From Octopus sinensis (Eukaryota), in assembly GCF_006345805.1 (NCBI RefSeq), contig NC_042997.1:19530001-19594000 (forward strand): a stretch of DNA of 64,000 nucleotides. Reading direction: 5' to 3'. Shown one piece after another: positions 38,939-52,757 of this stretch. The notes beneath the pieces are model-generated. The model ran no database searches. It saw only the letters and a program-made list of their open reading frames with translations, and was not told the DNA's origin. The stretch's first letter is position 1. Each line of letters opens with the position of its first letter. Position numbers and translations under genes: made by a program.

Positions 38939-38980
38939 CACACATACACACACACATATATATATATAATATATATATAA

Positions 38981-39062
<82 letters not shown>
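38800..39062. repeat. (TA)n/(CA)n microsatellite
   Basis: Direct reading. Confidence 0.95.
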
Positions 39063-39063
<1 letters not shown>

Positions 39064-39064
39064 C

Positions 39065-40720
39065 CATCAACCACCTTATCCAGCTTACACCATCCAGCTA
39101 CAGCACTTTAAGACTCTCCCAAACATCATCAATGTGCAAGACTTCAATGCACTTAACACCTCCTTATTTTCAAATAATTCTCATAACAAGAGTGATGAGA
39201 TGACATAATATCATCGCAAGAAGAATTCTTCTGTTTCCTAAATCTACCACGTTAATACATACACATCTCACATATCCAGTTACAGTAACTCTTCTCCAGA
39301 CGATACCTCCTGTTCCCCACATTTAGTTTTCATAACTGCTTAGCAAACAACTTGCTAACTTTTCTCAAACCACCCTACCATTTATATCATAGCATATTTA
39401 CACATCAATGAAGAAAGCAAAAATACTTTTACGAACTTCAAAAAAAGCACAATTGAATGACTTCAACCAAGAAACAGAATCAAAGTTTTCAGAATTTAAC
39501 AACACTACAATCACCAACATAGACACTGTAGTACATACATTTAACAAAATAATTATAGACACATCTGAAGAAAACATATCCAGCCAGGCAACAAAAAGAA
39601 ATACAACCCGAGAAATACAACTCCAGAAATATCCAACCTCATAAAAAACAGAGACAACCACAAATACAATACACCAAAACAACACATAACCAAAATAAAC
39701 TCAGTATGAGATGACTAAAAACGAAAATAATAAAAATAATAATAAACCATAGAAAAATAAAAATAAAGGCAAACATAAAAATCTATGTAAACAGAATCCA
39801 TGTAAACAAAATTGAACATCAACCACGAAACAAACAGAAAACCACAATATAGTGTAATTAGCAGCAACATCAACAACAATCAGTCAATAAAAACTATACA
39901 AATAGGATGGAAACACAAAATAAAAATAAATACCTTCTACATCTCTCTTCTGACCCCTTTTATTCAATCGGGCACCTAAGAAGCAATAAAGAAATTGAAA
40001 AATTCCATAGCCTCAGAGCTAAGTCAATTTCCCAGAATTTAGAAATTAGATAGAATCATAACAATTTTAGATTACGAGAAAAATTCAAGTGAATAGCAAC
40101 ACAGAGGTACATTACCCTCTTACACACATTACTCTCAAAAAATTATAGAAAGGCTGGACCATGTCAGCACAACCCCATACATAACAGTCTCCAAATCCTA
40201 ATACATTATCAAACAAGAGCATCACTTGACCACCCTACTCACAAACCTAACACAGAATTACATAATGACTTCAATTGCGAAAATACTTTCCCTCCCACAT
40301 GTACAATTCTAACTATTCTTGATATCAGCAAAGTTTTTAATTCCTTTCTCCACTATCCACTCATATAAAAATACTCAGCATCACTTTAAGAGACAATAGA
40401 ACATGCTGGCTTGCAAACTACCTGTCATGTCAAAGAGCAATTCTTCTAGACCCTACAATTTCCTGAATGAATTACCACAAGAATCAGCTCTCTCACACAC
40501 TCTTTTCAGCAAACATGTCCTTCACACAACTTCCATAAAGAATACCAACAGCTTCATATGCAAATGACATCATGCTCTCATCATCCCATCATTCCTGCTT
40601 TACAACTACCCCAACCCTTTTTAATTCACCAAGAACAAAATGTTTAGAAACTGGGCTTTCTAACAGATACAAAGTAGCGTGTACCCTAGCTCCACTCTTG
40701 CTTCATACTAGCAACCTAGG
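39065..40720 (+). mobile_element. Highly decayed APE-RT LINE (Jockey/I-like)
   Basis: xDFNAx-like motif near 39135, linker ORF 39408-39644, xADD-like remnant near 40560; strongly AC-skewed. Confidence 0.45.
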
Positions 40721-40779
40721 AGAATATTAAATACAACAAAACATTGCATTCAGCATCATAAGTATGCTTCATGCACATG

Positions 40780-40811
<32 letters not shown>

Positions 40812-40904
40812 CACACACACGTACACACACACATACAACACACACAGAAGACAAGTATATTAGGAGCTACATACAACTCTGGCACAACAAAAAATGTTTT
40901 AGCC

Positions 40905-41070
40905 TCAACAACTGCTGACATCCACAAAGCTCAAGTGAGGACTTCAGTGTAATACTGCTGCCATATCTGGGATGTTGTTACTGCTACACAATAAGACATC
41001 TTAAACTACATTTAGAGAAGGGTCACTAAACTGAGTGACATTCAATCACTAATGAACCCATTCCAATCCC
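40905..41070 (+). mobile_element. Decayed L2/CR1-type C-terminal fragment
   Basis: HKAQVRTSV*YCCHIWD...ILNYI*RRVTKL. Confidence 0.55.
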
Positions 41071-42282
41071 ACTGTGCAGATCCATGGATTTCTACAACAG
41101 TCTTCTACAATAAACCCAAGGCCTTATAAGTGAATACAGTAAATGAAAAATAGCCTTTAGCATACATATATGCACATACATCTTAACCCCTCAACTCTTG
41201 GCATAGAACCACCACCCTTCCCATTTCCAAAATGCTCTCCCAACTCAAGGGAGCTTTTCCCTTTTTTCTTCTTATTGTTACTTTCTTGTTTTGCAAGTTA
41301 CTAGGCAATTTCACCAGTTCTGGTGGCACAAAAAAAAATGCACTCAATACACTCTGTAAAGTGGAAGGGTATCCAGCCATGGAAACCATGCCAAAGCAGG
41401 TAGGGGAACTCAACATGGCCTTATGTGGGGCTCAGCCCAACACATTCTACCATGGAAAATAAACATTAAAATGATGATGAGCTGGATGATTATGATGATA
41501 TAACACACACACCCACACACACACACATATGTAGCTTTAACTAAAATACAGTCAACAACCATTGACTGTGCATATGTCTATATAAATACATATATCTGTG
41601 TGTATGCATGCATGTGTGTATGTGTGAGACATTGTATTGACATTGTAAACTGTAAATAAAAGGTTTTGTGCGTGCCCTACAAGAAAATAATGCTTGCATG
41701 AAGTCTCCCAGACTAGAGGAAATATGACCATGTGAGGACAGATATGTATAAGTGTCTTTTTTCATTGGTATCACATGTCATTTGTTAGAAAAAAATTTTG
41801 CATATAAGCAGTGACTCTAGTTCCCATTATTCAATGAAAACATGTCTAAACACAAAGGAAATATAAACCTGCTTAAAAACAAGTGAGTGTTGATGACAGG
41901 ATGAGTATCCAGCTATAGAAAAATCAGCTCTAATGAGTCCTGCCTGACCCATATAAGCACGGAAGTGCTGACACAAAAACAAAGATTAATGATGTTAATA
42001 GCACGTCAGATAAGAGTTTGGAGTACCAGATAACAAACAGAGGCTAAACACCTTGAAATACTCCATACTCAGGAAAAAAAAACCCAATATTTTCTCATTA
42101 GTTCTAAAAACAACTTAGCTTTAATATTTACGTATATTTTGAAACTTCACAATTTTTTAAGATTTAATTGTTGCATTCTTTCTAATGCCATTCGGTACCT
42201 AAATGTATATATAAAACCAATGCCTACATTAAAATCAAGCAAAGGCATGTGGCTTTGTGAAAGGGTATTTGATTCATAATAA

Positions 42283-42513
42283 GGCGGCGAGCTGGCAGAA
42301 ACGTTAGCACGCCGGGCGAAATGCGTAACCGTATTTCGTCTGCCATTACATTCTGAGTTCAAATTCCGCCGAGGTCGACTTTGCCTTTCATCCTTTCGGG
42401 GTCGATTAAATAAGTACCAGTTACATACTGGGGTCGATGTAATCGATTTAATCTGTTTGTCTGTCCTTGTTTGTCCATTCTGTGTTTAGCCCCTTGTGGG
42501 CAGTAAAGAAAGA
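42283..42513 (+). mobile_element. SINE family B, young, with TSD
   Basis: GGTAT(T/C)TGATTCATAATAAGG at 42264-42284 and 42514-42534. Confidence 0.93.
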
Positions 42514-44903
42514 GGTATCTGATTCATAATAAGGTCGTGGATTAGATTGCTGGACCAGGTAGCATGTTTTGTTATTGAGCAAGGTATTTCACTTCATATT
42601 CTTTCAGTCTTTGCAATTGAAAATGGGTACCGGCTGAGTGCTAGAGCAGCTTTCTCTCTCCACCTGTGACATCCTCAATGGTTCACTGGCTCAAGAACTG
42701 TGTGGGCTATGAGACTAACAATCTCACCCCATGACTACATAGATGCCTAAAGCAGTTAACAAGAGCATGGACCATGCTATCAGATCATATTCATTAGTTA
42801 GTGATGCCTATAGTATTTTATATTTAATCAAATGCACAGATGCAGGCTAGCCTTCCCAATGATTTATAGCAGGATTAAACCTTTTACCTAAGGACTAGCA
42901 GCTCAGTAATCTAACCACAGAGCTTCATTTAATCCCTTATCATCTATAATCAATTTAAGTTTGATTCTAAAAATTATTTTCTAAGGTTTCAATTTCAATT
43001 GCATTCCCATGAAATTTAAACAACACTATTCTGCTAATTTTAAACAGATGAAATGCAAATAATATCAGATATAGTTTTATATTCACCTCATATGACTTCA
43101 AGTTAGCTGCCACATTCAAATACACTCAAAACAGTTAACATTTAAAATCTGGAATACGGGTCTCATTCTAAGATCAAATTTCCATCTTTTTTAGTATCAA
43201 AATGTTACTTTCAACTTGTATTTTTTGGGGTTTTTTTCTTTCCTTGTGAATGAAATGCAACAGTGAAAAAATTATTTTTCTCCTTTAATAATCCAGCAAA
43301 GTAATAAAGATGCTATGAATATTCAGAACAGGATTTTGGGTTTTTTTTTTTTTGTTATTTACTCTACATTTTTCTTTTCTAAATTATTCTTCAAAATTTC
43401 CTGAGAAACCTAAAATCCTTGCAATCTAAAAAGAAAATCTAATCAATATCTGAAATGTGTTAAACTGCATTGCCATAAATTACTCTTTCAGCTTCCTTCT
43501 CCGTGTCTTTTTTACCCTCCTTCCTTCACCATCTACATTGCTATCAAATTGTGTCTCTTTATTTTTCTTTCCCTCACTATTTCTTTTCTTGATTTCTTAC
43601 TTGCAATTACTGCTTTTACAGTGGTCAGACTAACTAGACAGCTGGCACTTTACCAATATCATCCAAAACCATAGCAATTCATCTCAATGGAACCTACCTA
43701 ATGACTTGGAGAGCTTAAATTTCCTGCAAATCTATTCACAGTATGGCATCTAGCTGACTACATATGCATTAATAGAGTCAGCTTCCTTCATGATTTCCAT
43801 GAAATTCTGATGCTATCAAGCTTCCCACTTTCTACTAACTTGCAAGATTTCATTGTTCCGAGATCGAAATATCTTCAGTACTTAGGAGAAAGTCCTTAAT
43901 TTAATGCAGCAGTTTGTTCAAATTTGACATAAGTAAAATGTTAGTGACAGAACATTTTATTTTCTCTAATTAACTCATAGAAATAATTTAGACAGTACTT
44001 AAATACAAAAGTCTACATCCTGTAAATTGAACATTTCAACACTGAAAATAAAGCATTTGCTATACTAAACACACCAACCATCTCCATTTTTTCATTTGAG
44101 CTAGAAATAACAGCCTAATCTTTCTTAAACCACTTTCTATCATCTTATTGGAAGATAACATAGGACAATGTATTCTATGATACACAAAAAGGTAAAATTG
44201 TACAGCCAGAATGCCTTTGACCATAAGTCTGTCTAATCATAGTTTACTTCGGAGTCAACAACTTCATTCTCAAAAGTAATGTTTCTTATTTTCTGAAATG
44301 CCAAATAAGTAAGCAATTACTTAAAGAACATCAAGAAAGAAACTTTTAGATACTTACTATCAGTCAATGCAGTGTATGTCTGCCCTTTAAATAAACTACA
44401 AGCAAAAAGAAAGAATGTAATTTTTAACAGTGAAATAATCAAGTTTGTGTCTGTAGTTAATTTACTAATCTGTAAATAAAAGTGAAATTGGACGAGGACC
44501 CAAAACTATTAAGTTCATGTACAAACTCTCACCCTTTATTACTTAGCAACTCGGTATTATAGCTTATCAGAATTGCCTACCTTTGTCAGTAGGAGATAAG
44601 AAAAAGGAAATAATTAATTTATACTGAATTGCTTTATCCCCAAGAGGTAGAGTTGAAAAGTAGAAAATAATGGGGTTGGATAGAAATATTGATTTTTTTT
44701 ACTAGGCAAGATGCCAAATTTTGAATCAAATGTTGTATAATTTTACTTGACATTTTTAGATAATATGATAATAATTTGGTGGGGCTATTAACACCATTAT
44801 CCTGGTAGATAGGCTGCTTTTATCCTTAATCAAGAAATCAAGGTTCCAAGTTCAAATCCAACCTGGTATTATGTAAATATACAGGAATTAGGTACCTGAT
44901 GGT

Positions 44904-45228
44904 GAGGGCGCGTGGCTTAGTGGTTAGGGCATTCGGCTCATGATCGTAAGGTTGTGAGTTCGATTCCCGGCAACGCGTTGTGTCCTTGAGCAAGACACTT
45001 TATTTCACGTTGCTCCAGTCCACTCAGCTGGCAAAAATGAGTTGTACTTGTATTTCAAAGGGTCAGCCTTGTCACTCTCTGTGTCACGCTGATTATCCCC
45101 GAGAACTACGTTAAGGGTACACGTGTCTGTGGAATGCTCAGCCATTTGCACGTTAATTTCACGAGCAAGCTGTTCCGTTGATCGTATCAGCTGGGACCCT
45201 CGTCGTCGTAACCGGCGGAGTAAGGAAA
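44904..45228 (+). mobile_element. tRNA-derived SINE (head H2 + CORE-like segment, tail T2) with 14-bp TSD
   Basis: AGGTACCTGATGGT at 44890-44903 and 45229-45242. Confidence 0.92.
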
Positions 45229-45840
45229 AGGTACCTGATGGTATTTGGGAATTAAACACATATAAATTTAGTATAACTAAGCAATTTTTATTATTACTGT
45301 TGTAATTTATTATTACATTTGATTTTCATAGTGTCAAGATATATTTTTTTATTCTCTCTTTGACATATGACCTATTCATGTATTACTAGAAAAATATTTT
45401 TCATTGGATTACTTGTAAGAAGAATTATGATCACCTAAGGAAGGTCTGTCCTCAATACCTGAGGTAGTCTACAGAAAAAAATGATGCTTCATTGATAAAC
45501 TTCTAAAATTATATTTACAACACATTGCATTTTCTCATTAAAAATGGCTACCATACAGAATTATGCTACACAGCTATACACTACAATGACAAAATCAAAA
45601 TACACTATAGAATTTATAAGGGAAAGGGGAAAATGAACACTTCAGTGAATAATTAATGGAAACGATATCTGAAATACTCAAATAAGTTATCTTGAAGAAA
45701 GTAACAGTAATATATCAACAGCAATAGCAGTAACCACTCTTACATGAAATCAAAATTTTCAGCCTGTTCATATACCAAATGTGCAAAGGCTAACATTCCT
45801 TCCATACAAGAATGGAAGTACTTGAATTTTAGATCTATCT

Positions 45841-46071
45841 TATTTCTTTATTGTCCACAAGGGGCTAAACATAGAGGGGACAAACAAGGACAGACAAAGG
45901 GATTAAGTCGATTACATCGACCCCAGTGCATAACTGGTACTTTATTTATCGACCCCGAAAGGATGAAAGGTAAAGTCGACCTTGGTGGAATTTGAATTCA
46001 GAACGTAAAGACAGATGAAATACCACTATGCATTTTGCCCGACGTGCTTACGTTTCTGCCAGCGAGCCACC
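45841..46071 (-). mobile_element. SINE family B with 14-bp TSD
   Basis: TTTTAGATCTATCT at 45827-45840 and 46072-46085. Confidence 0.93.
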
Positions 46072-46489
46072 TTTTAGATCTATCTGTTACAAGTCAAAGA
46101 AAGTAGGTGGGAAAATTGCATGAAAGTGAACAGAATTTTCATGCTGCAGCAAATAATGCAGAAGAGAGCAATCAGGAAAATATTATACACCTCTGCTTAT
46201 AAAAAAAAACCAAGAAGCAGACCGAATCTTCACTCGCATCAAGTAATGCAACAAACACTTTAATATATATATATATATCAATAGAAATTCTCTTACAGCA
46301 CTATTTTCTGTGCCTTTAAAACTGAATGCGATCAAAACACAGGTTAAATTTTTTTTCAGTCATGCATCTGTTTACTCATTTGTGCCCCAGTATGTGGGTC
46401 AAAGAAATGCAAGACCCACAACAAAGACATTGGATACAACATAGAACAACTTCTGATAGTGCAGTAAGGGAGAATATGGAGAGAAAAGA

Positions 46490-46790
46490 ATGTATCCTCA
46501 GCCCAGAGACCTGATGCATATCTTCATCTTAGCTGCTCAAGATCAAATCTTATTGACTCAGAACTACCAAACTGATGTAGTGAAAAATGGAGTTAATCCA
46601 AAGTGCTGATTCTGCAATGATGAGATTGAAGCTGTGGATCCCTTAATCTCTGGATGTAAAGTTTTAGCACCAGTAGAGTATGAATCAAGACATGACAAAG
46701 TTGGCCAGTATCTACATGGGATGTTGTCCACTCTTATAGAATTTGCTGAAGTAAGTGAAATCAAGTGTTCTTAGAAGTGAACTGGAAATG
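46490..46790 (+). mobile_element. R4/Dong-like non-LTR fragment (CCHC knuckle/RHD region)
   Basis: FILAAQDQILLTQNY..KC*FC.....VDPLISGC..LA...Y.SRHDKV; followed by (TAA)n. Confidence 0.7.
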
Positions 46791-46811
46791 ATAATAATAA
46801 TAACAATAATC

Positions 46812-46998
46812 TTTTATACTCTGATCACAAGGCCCGAAATTTCTGGAGATGGGGGCCAGTCGATTAGATTGACCCCAGTACGCAACTGGTACTTAATTTA
46901 TCGACCCTGAAAGGATGAAAGGCAAAGTCGATCTCGGTGGAGTTTGAACTCAGAATGTAAAGATAGACAAAATACTGCTAAGCACTTAGCTCACCACC
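46812..46998 (-). mobile_element. SINE family B variant (alternative tail) within (AAT)n
   Basis: Family B head/core; AAT repeats on both sides. Confidence 0.8.
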
Positions 46999-47047
<49 letters not shown>

Positions 47048-49046
47048 AACAAAAAGAGAGAGAGTCTTCTGCAGTTCGTCACAGTTTGTTGGCTGCTCTT
47101 CAGAGAAGAGATACTACTCTTCCTTCCCCAAACTGAGCATATCTGAATTATCTTTCTTGCTTGTTGTTTTGAAATTTCAAACTTCTCTAAAAGGAGTTTT
47201 GTCTACAAACCACTTGGTGTATTATCTCATTATCTGAAGATTTCAGCTCATTATATTACATAGCATTTTTATACAGTTTTGAACTTCTTTAACAAAGATA
47301 GCAAAGAACTTCAAATTCAAACAGTTAAGAATCTCTTCTTTCTCCCTTTTTTTCTTTTTTTTTTAAATAAAAACATATCATTTTCTTATTTTCTTTCCTC
47401 ACACGTATGCATACACAAGCTTCTCTTCTGTAACTTTTAGTCTTCATTCATGTCACATTATTCAGAAATATCATATCCAATTTGTCGTCAATGTCTCTTT
47501 GAATGGCACTAGACCTGTCATGAATATTCATTTGATAAAATGATACTTTAACGATTGGTAAATCTGTACGATAGGTTTACAGAATTTTAGCTTGGCATGC
47601 TGTGTCATCAGTCTCATTCCAATAGCAAGGATATTTCTTTTGCCGTTCAAAAACAATATCTTTTTTCTTTTATATCACTTTCAATTTTATTTTTATGGTG
47701 ACAAAATGTAAATAAATGTTGAACTATAACATAAGCAGGATGGGTTCGAAACTTTGTTACTATTACATATATACTCTTACATTCAGCCTAATACTCAGTT
47801 TTAGTCTACACCATAAGAAGATAGTCCAGTAGGCTCCATTAAAAAAAAAGCCCATTAGATGACTTGTTTTCAATCTGAGTTGAAGCCAATTTAAATCATT
47901 TATACTTCCAATGCTCTTGAGAAAAACTAACATTTTACAACCTCATTCTTCTTTTCTATGAACTTGACTTTGGGACTAAGTAAGAAGTCATTATTTCCAA
48001 TGACTGACATCAGTGTCATTCATTTTGTTAACACTTCCATAATTTTTCTTTGAAATGAATAGAAAACCATGTGTATATTTGAAATCTATAGGGAAGCATA
48101 ATTTATTACTGTATATTTAAAAGTGAACTACCAAATGGATTATTGTGTTCGACTGTAAAGATAAAAATGTTAGGGAATAATAAGGTCTCTCGAAAATTTT
48201 GTGAGGGAACTGAATATTATTGTCAAAATATTACTATTTTATGATGTGATAAAAGAGCAAATATATACCCAAGCCAATGCGTTTGAGGATAAGTATTTGC
48301 TATACACATATACAAACACATGCACATATCCATTTGTGTGTGTGTATACATACAATATATGTGTATGCATATATGTCTATATATATGCATGTGTTTGTGT
48401 GTGTGTACGTGTATCCATGCATATAATGTATATATGTATTTAGTATATGCATATGCGTGTTTTATTATCATTGACACACTTTACACTGTGGGACATTCCC
48501 TTCATCAACTGTCGACCACAGAACACAAAGGTTTTGGCAACTGATGACAGTATCGCTCCCTCCAGCAATGCCAAACACCATTGATCCCACCAAATCCTTT
48601 AGGCTCGCATCACATTATATTTTCTTCTTTCTATTCTGCTGTCCATGCATTCACAACACCAAATCAGGAACAGCTGTAAGCCTACTGACCCCTTCATTAA
48701 TGCATCAGCTATTTTGTTTGATCACTATACAAATGCATGAATATACACTCACATAGATGTATGTAAATATATGTATTCCTGTCTGCACATATGTGTACAT
48801 ACATGCATGCACACACGTACACACACACACATACACACACACATACACACACACACATACACACACACACTGACAAACAGTCATACATACATACACACTC
48901 ACACATCCATTCATCAATACATGATGGCCGTCCACTCATGACCGAGGAAGACCATTGCTGACCTTCAGGAACATTGTGCACTCTAGGACTAACTTATATT
49001 TTGCATTTGCGGCTCCATTGGTGGCTAATGAGCCCTGCTCTTGACA

Positions 49047-49147
49047 ATACATACATATATGCATGCATACATACATGCATTCATACATACATGCATACAT
49101 ACATACATACATACATACATACATACATACATACATACATACATACA

Positions 49148-49178
<31 letters not shown>

Positions 49179-49180
49179 GT
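49047..49180. repeat. (ATAC)n microsatellite
   Basis: Direct reading. Confidence 0.95.
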
Positions 49181-49992
49181 ATATAATCTTTGTTCTGCAT
49201 TTCCGTTGCCTGACAGCATTGGTTGGATGTCATGGTTAAAGCCAACTCATACTTGGTGAGTATTGTTCACCTAGTAAGGTGCAGGGATCTAATTTTCCTT
49301 GCATTTCGCTGTCAACACTAGAGATGTCAAGCCCTTAACATGACTAAATTATCCTCAAAATCCGATTGTGGGAGTCCTTTATCATGATTCATGACACCAA
49401 CATGAAGGAGGTAGCTATGCTCTCAGCATGGCTAAGGAGATTTCACAATCCCTTGTATCTGCTGATACATTAGAATAGTTACAGAGAGAAACATGAGTGA
49501 TGACAGCAGGAATGATAATATTGAAAGGTTTGTGTGAATTCATGATGAATGTTAGAACTCAGTGTTCTGAAATAGATGCATATATTCGAGTCAAGATGAC
49601 TGAGACAGCAGGGAGGTAACTGGTTGTCTGAGAAAAGTTAAGTGATGGTAGAGTGAACTGTGGACAAATGGTCTAATGTAGCCATCTACAAATTCATAAG
49701 TGTTGAGGTTAACTGAAGGAGGTGATATATAAGTGTACATACACACAAACACACACACATACATATATATGTTTTTTGTTAGTATTTCAAAATAGCATTC
49801 TATATATTTTCTGCAGGTAAAAGAATAAGAGAGAAAAACAAAAGAGTAAAACAATTGTATAGAGTGCACATCAGAATTATTGAGATAAAACCTACTTGGA
49901 AGAGGATGTGTGGCGTTCAATCATATAATAATATAATAAATAAATATATATATATATGCACATATACACATGTATATACTTACATCTATAAG

Positions 49993-50024
<32 letters not shown>

Positions 50025-50100
50025 TATATAAATATAGGGATGGTATTATTTAAATACCATCACAAGTGGTAGGGGAATTATTAGCCACACAGGCAAATTA

Positions 50101-50272
50101 ATAAAATATATACATACAATATTAGATATGTACATATATACATAAGGGTACTAAATGAGTACCTATATCGCTAATGATAGAAGTCATGACTTTTATCATG
50201 AGCGATATAGGTACTCCTTTAGTACCCTTATGTATATATGTACTTATCTAATATTGTATGTATATATTTTAT
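50101..50272. repeat. 172-bp spacerless palindrome
   Basis: 86-bp arms with 4 mismatches, centre AAGTCA|TGACTT. Confidence 0.9.
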
Positions 50273-50933
50273 ATATATGCATATGTGGGCACAGGAAGTC
50301 ATGAAACATGTAGAACAAAAAAATACAAAGCACAAGTATATAGAACATGAATTATTCTTTCATATGTATAAGTGTGTGTGTGTGTGTGTGTTTGTGTGTG
50401 TGTGTGAGTGTCCTTCTTCCTTTATATGATACCCACCTCTCTGTGCTGTATTTCCCCATACTCTTTCTTGTAATAGAGTCCACTCTGTCACCCTTCTCTC
50501 AACAACTTCCCCACAATTATAAATCTGTTCTTCTCATCATATTAGACCCTCCCTCATCACCTCACCAAGAATCTCACATCCTCCTCTCTTTCCTATCCTA
50601 TTTTACTTATAGAGAGCATTTTAGGTTCTTAATCATGCAAGTTGTAAAGCAACCTCACTAGTGTTGGCTTCACAGAAAAACCAGCCAGTTTCCTCAGTAA
50701 AATGGTTGGCATCAGAAAAGCTACCAGCCATAGAAAATATGCCATTACAGTAAACCATAGTCTTCCAACTCGTCAGAACCTATCGAATTGTCCAGCCCAT
50801 ATCAGCATGCAAAACGAACATTAAATGATGATGGTTATTAATATGATGATTATGATAGAAAGACACAGACACACAAGTGTGCGTGCATGCACACAGACAC
50901 ATGCACATACATATGTATGTGTATATGTGTGAG

Positions 50934-50966
<33 letters not shown>

Positions 50967-52374
50967 ATGTATGTGTGTGTATATATATATGTATATATAT
51001 ATATATTCATATATATATATAAATGTATGTGTGTATGTATATATAAATATGTATGGGTGCAGGTGTGTGTGTATGTGTGCATATATGTGCAACTATGTAT
51101 GTATAGCTTGTCAACATGCATGAAGATTGTAAAATGGAAGTTCATGCCATGAAATCCTTTATGTTGTTGTTACTGCAGCAGTAGTAATAGTGTTGTTGTT
51201 GTTGTTGCTGTTCTTGTAAGATAACGAAAAAGAATAAGTGGATGGTTGCCATAAATATATCTAAGCAATGAGATGAGGAGAAAGTATGGACTACAAAGAG
51301 AAGCAAATAAGACAAAAAAATTACAACCGGGGGAAGGAGAGTTTCGAATTGAATGAAATAAGGACAGCAAGATAGAGAGAAAATGAGAAGGGCAGAAAAT
51401 GAGTGAGGAATAAGGGAGATAGAGTGGAACAGAGTAATAGGGGAGGAGGTAGAGAGAGAGAGTGTATGAGTAAGTAAGGGAGAGCTGAAATGTTTCTGAG
51501 AAAGAAAAAGAGAGAGAGGGGGGTAGGAAAAGAGAGAATTTAGAAGATCAGAGAGAAGTAAATATGAAAATTGGAGAGAGAGCATATATGAAGCTGTTGT
51601 AAAAGAAAACTGATTCTCTTGAATTCTATGAGAGTGACACTTGTCAAAAGTAGTTTGAAAAATAGAATATTACAAAAAGGATTAAGAAGGCAGATAATAA
51701 ATCAATAAATAAGTAAATAAAAGGTGCAAGTGGCTTTCTTTGTTTGATGTATGCTTGGCATTTTACTGCGGCATAGACAAACAGGCATACTGACAAGCAG
51801 ATATATATATATATATATACGTGGGAAGATAGGTAGATGCAAGAAAAGGGGTTGTTGAAATGAAAAGGAAGACAATATAAAGTGTGTCTGAAAGCCAAGA
51901 TTCAGTTATTGACTGGACGCAATGTAGATAATATTTTTTGTTTACTTGTATTCCCCGATTCCTGCTATTTTTATGTGTTTCAGAAATTCTTTTATACTCT
52001 CATTTGAAGATAATTTATAACTTACTTTTCTTCATACTTACTTGAAATTGGGTAGACAATATGGCAACCTAACTGTGTGTGTATGTGTGCATGTGTGTGT
52101 GTGTATATATATATTATATATATATATATCCAGTCACTTATATATATGTGTATATATTTATATATATATATGTATGTATATCATCTTCATCATGTTAATG
52201 TCCATTTGCTTTACTTGCATTGTTTTGATGGAGTTTTACTGTGGCAGATTGCCTACTACTGGATGCCTTTCCTAACACTAAACCTCATCAGTTTCCAAGC
52301 AATAAAATTTCCCTATGACCAGACACCTTTTTATTTTACAGAATATTCTTAATCACACAGTCCTGCCTGCACCA

Positions 52375-52385
52375 ACATATATATG

Positions 52386-52461
<76 letters not shown>

Positions 52462-52520
52462 GTGTGTATATATATATATAATATATATATATATGTGTGT
52501 GTGTGTATATATATATATAA

Positions 52521-52551
<31 letters not shown>

Positions 52552-52584
52552 TATAATATATATATATGTATATATATATATATG

Positions 52585-52631
<47 letters not shown>

Positions 52632-52642
52632 GTATATGTATA

Positions 52643-52720
<78 letters not shown>

Positions 52721-52757
52721 TATATATATATGTATGTATACACACACACATATATAG
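52375..52757. repeat. Long interrupted (TA)n
   Basis: Direct reading. Confidence 0.95.

Noticed and set aside
5682-48550. Other CTGATGA hits (about 5682, 8898, 13671, 19684, 20137, 48541)
   Set aside because: None is followed by stem II, GAAA and NUH.
49600-49720. Possible Penelope RT fragment (EFVDGYIRPFV)
   Set aside because: The motif is too short and degenerate to call without a profile search.
50101-50272. Hammerhead in this palindrome or in 22692-23112
   Set aside because: No CUGANGA/GAAA core could be placed in either.
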